Shown piece by piece: positions 53,057 to 53,530 of a DNA stretch of 53,530 bases. Within the stretch, counting starts at the first letter, position 1. Each line of letters begins with the position of its first letter. Source of the DNA: Paraglomus brasilianum (taxonomy: Eukaryota). Made by a program: the position numbers and the translations under genes. The stretch is taken from positions 1 through 53,530 of the forward strand of contig CAJVPI010000106.1 of NCBI GenBank assembly GCA_910592345.1. Direction: 5' to 3'. Below the pieces are notes generated by a model that worked only from the letters and a program-made list of their open reading frames with translations, made no database searches and was not told the origin of the DNA.

Positions 53057-53530
53057 ATGCCAACTATTGCAACAAAAATCGTTGAAAAATACACTCTCAC
53101 CCCAAAGATGAGCGACTCTGAACTTAGCCAATATACCTCAGAATTTCTTAAGAACTTTACCGATGATAGAAAGCGGAATCAAGGTCGACGACGTCTTCGG
53201 GATGGCTTTAAATTTAGCAGTAATCAGGTGAGCATATTGATACCCAACCAGAGAAGTGGGAAAACTAAAACTATAAATATTGTCGAAGGTAGTTGTAGAA
53301 TAGTTATGGCATCGCCTCCGAAAAATCTGGAAGAAGAAATTATCAGAGAGATAACAAAACGAATCTTGCAAAATAGATATGGGTTTAGTGAGGATCAAGT
53401 AAATGCCTTATTCTCAATCCAGAAAAACGGAAGTAGCTACAGTGTAACTGCCTCAGATAAAAACGTAAATATTGCGATTTCCAACAAACCCTCGAAAGGA
53501 ATAGAGGAAGAAACTATTGGAGATATGGCG
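53057..53530 (+). CDS. Hypothetical protein, open to the window end (MPTIATKIVEKYTLTPKMSDSELSQY...EETIGDMA)
   Basis: 158 codons without a stop from ATG 53057; missed by the ORF track because it is truncated. Internal repeat LRDGFKFSSNQV / LQNRYGFSEDQV. Confidence 0.6.
   Translation, partial: MPTIATKIVEKYTLTPKMSDSELSQYTSEFLKNFTDDRKRNQGRRRLRDGFKFSSNQVSILIPNQRSGKTKTINIVEGSCRIVMASPPKNLEEEIIREITKRILQNRYGFSEDQVNALFSIQKNGSSYSVTASDKNVNIAISNKPSKGIEEETIGDMA

Overview
AT-rich, intron-rich eukaryotic DNA, most consistent with an early-diverging fungus, probably an arbuscular mycorrhizal fungus (Glomeromycota); this is inferred from gene families and intron style, not from a search. The conserved core contains GCN2 kinase (+), a MATA-type HMG-box gene with a repetitive C-terminus (+), EFR3 (+), CIA2/FAM96B (-), eIF2B-beta/GCD7 (-, with an AT-AC minor intron), tubulin chaperone A (+) and a ZNFX1/SAD-3/RnhA-like helicase (-). 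The main finding is absent from the ORF track: two divergently transcribed ORFs of 44 and 41 aa (38089-38223 -, 39829-39954 +). They share the C-terminus KKHGS[N/D]PNDGPAGSNCTIM* and end in a CaaX box, so they look like a-factor-type lipopeptide pheromone precursors. Their shared spacer is rich in HMG-box-type sites, and they lie next to the helicase and about 17 kb from the HMG gene, an arrangement reminiscent of a sex locus. The left end carries a decayed HIT-domain gene that reads sensibly only with UGA=Trp (likely DNA from a Mollicutes-related endobacterium), a dead transposase, a kinase pseudogene and MITEs. The right end begins a block of intronless ORFs that is probably part of a mobile element.
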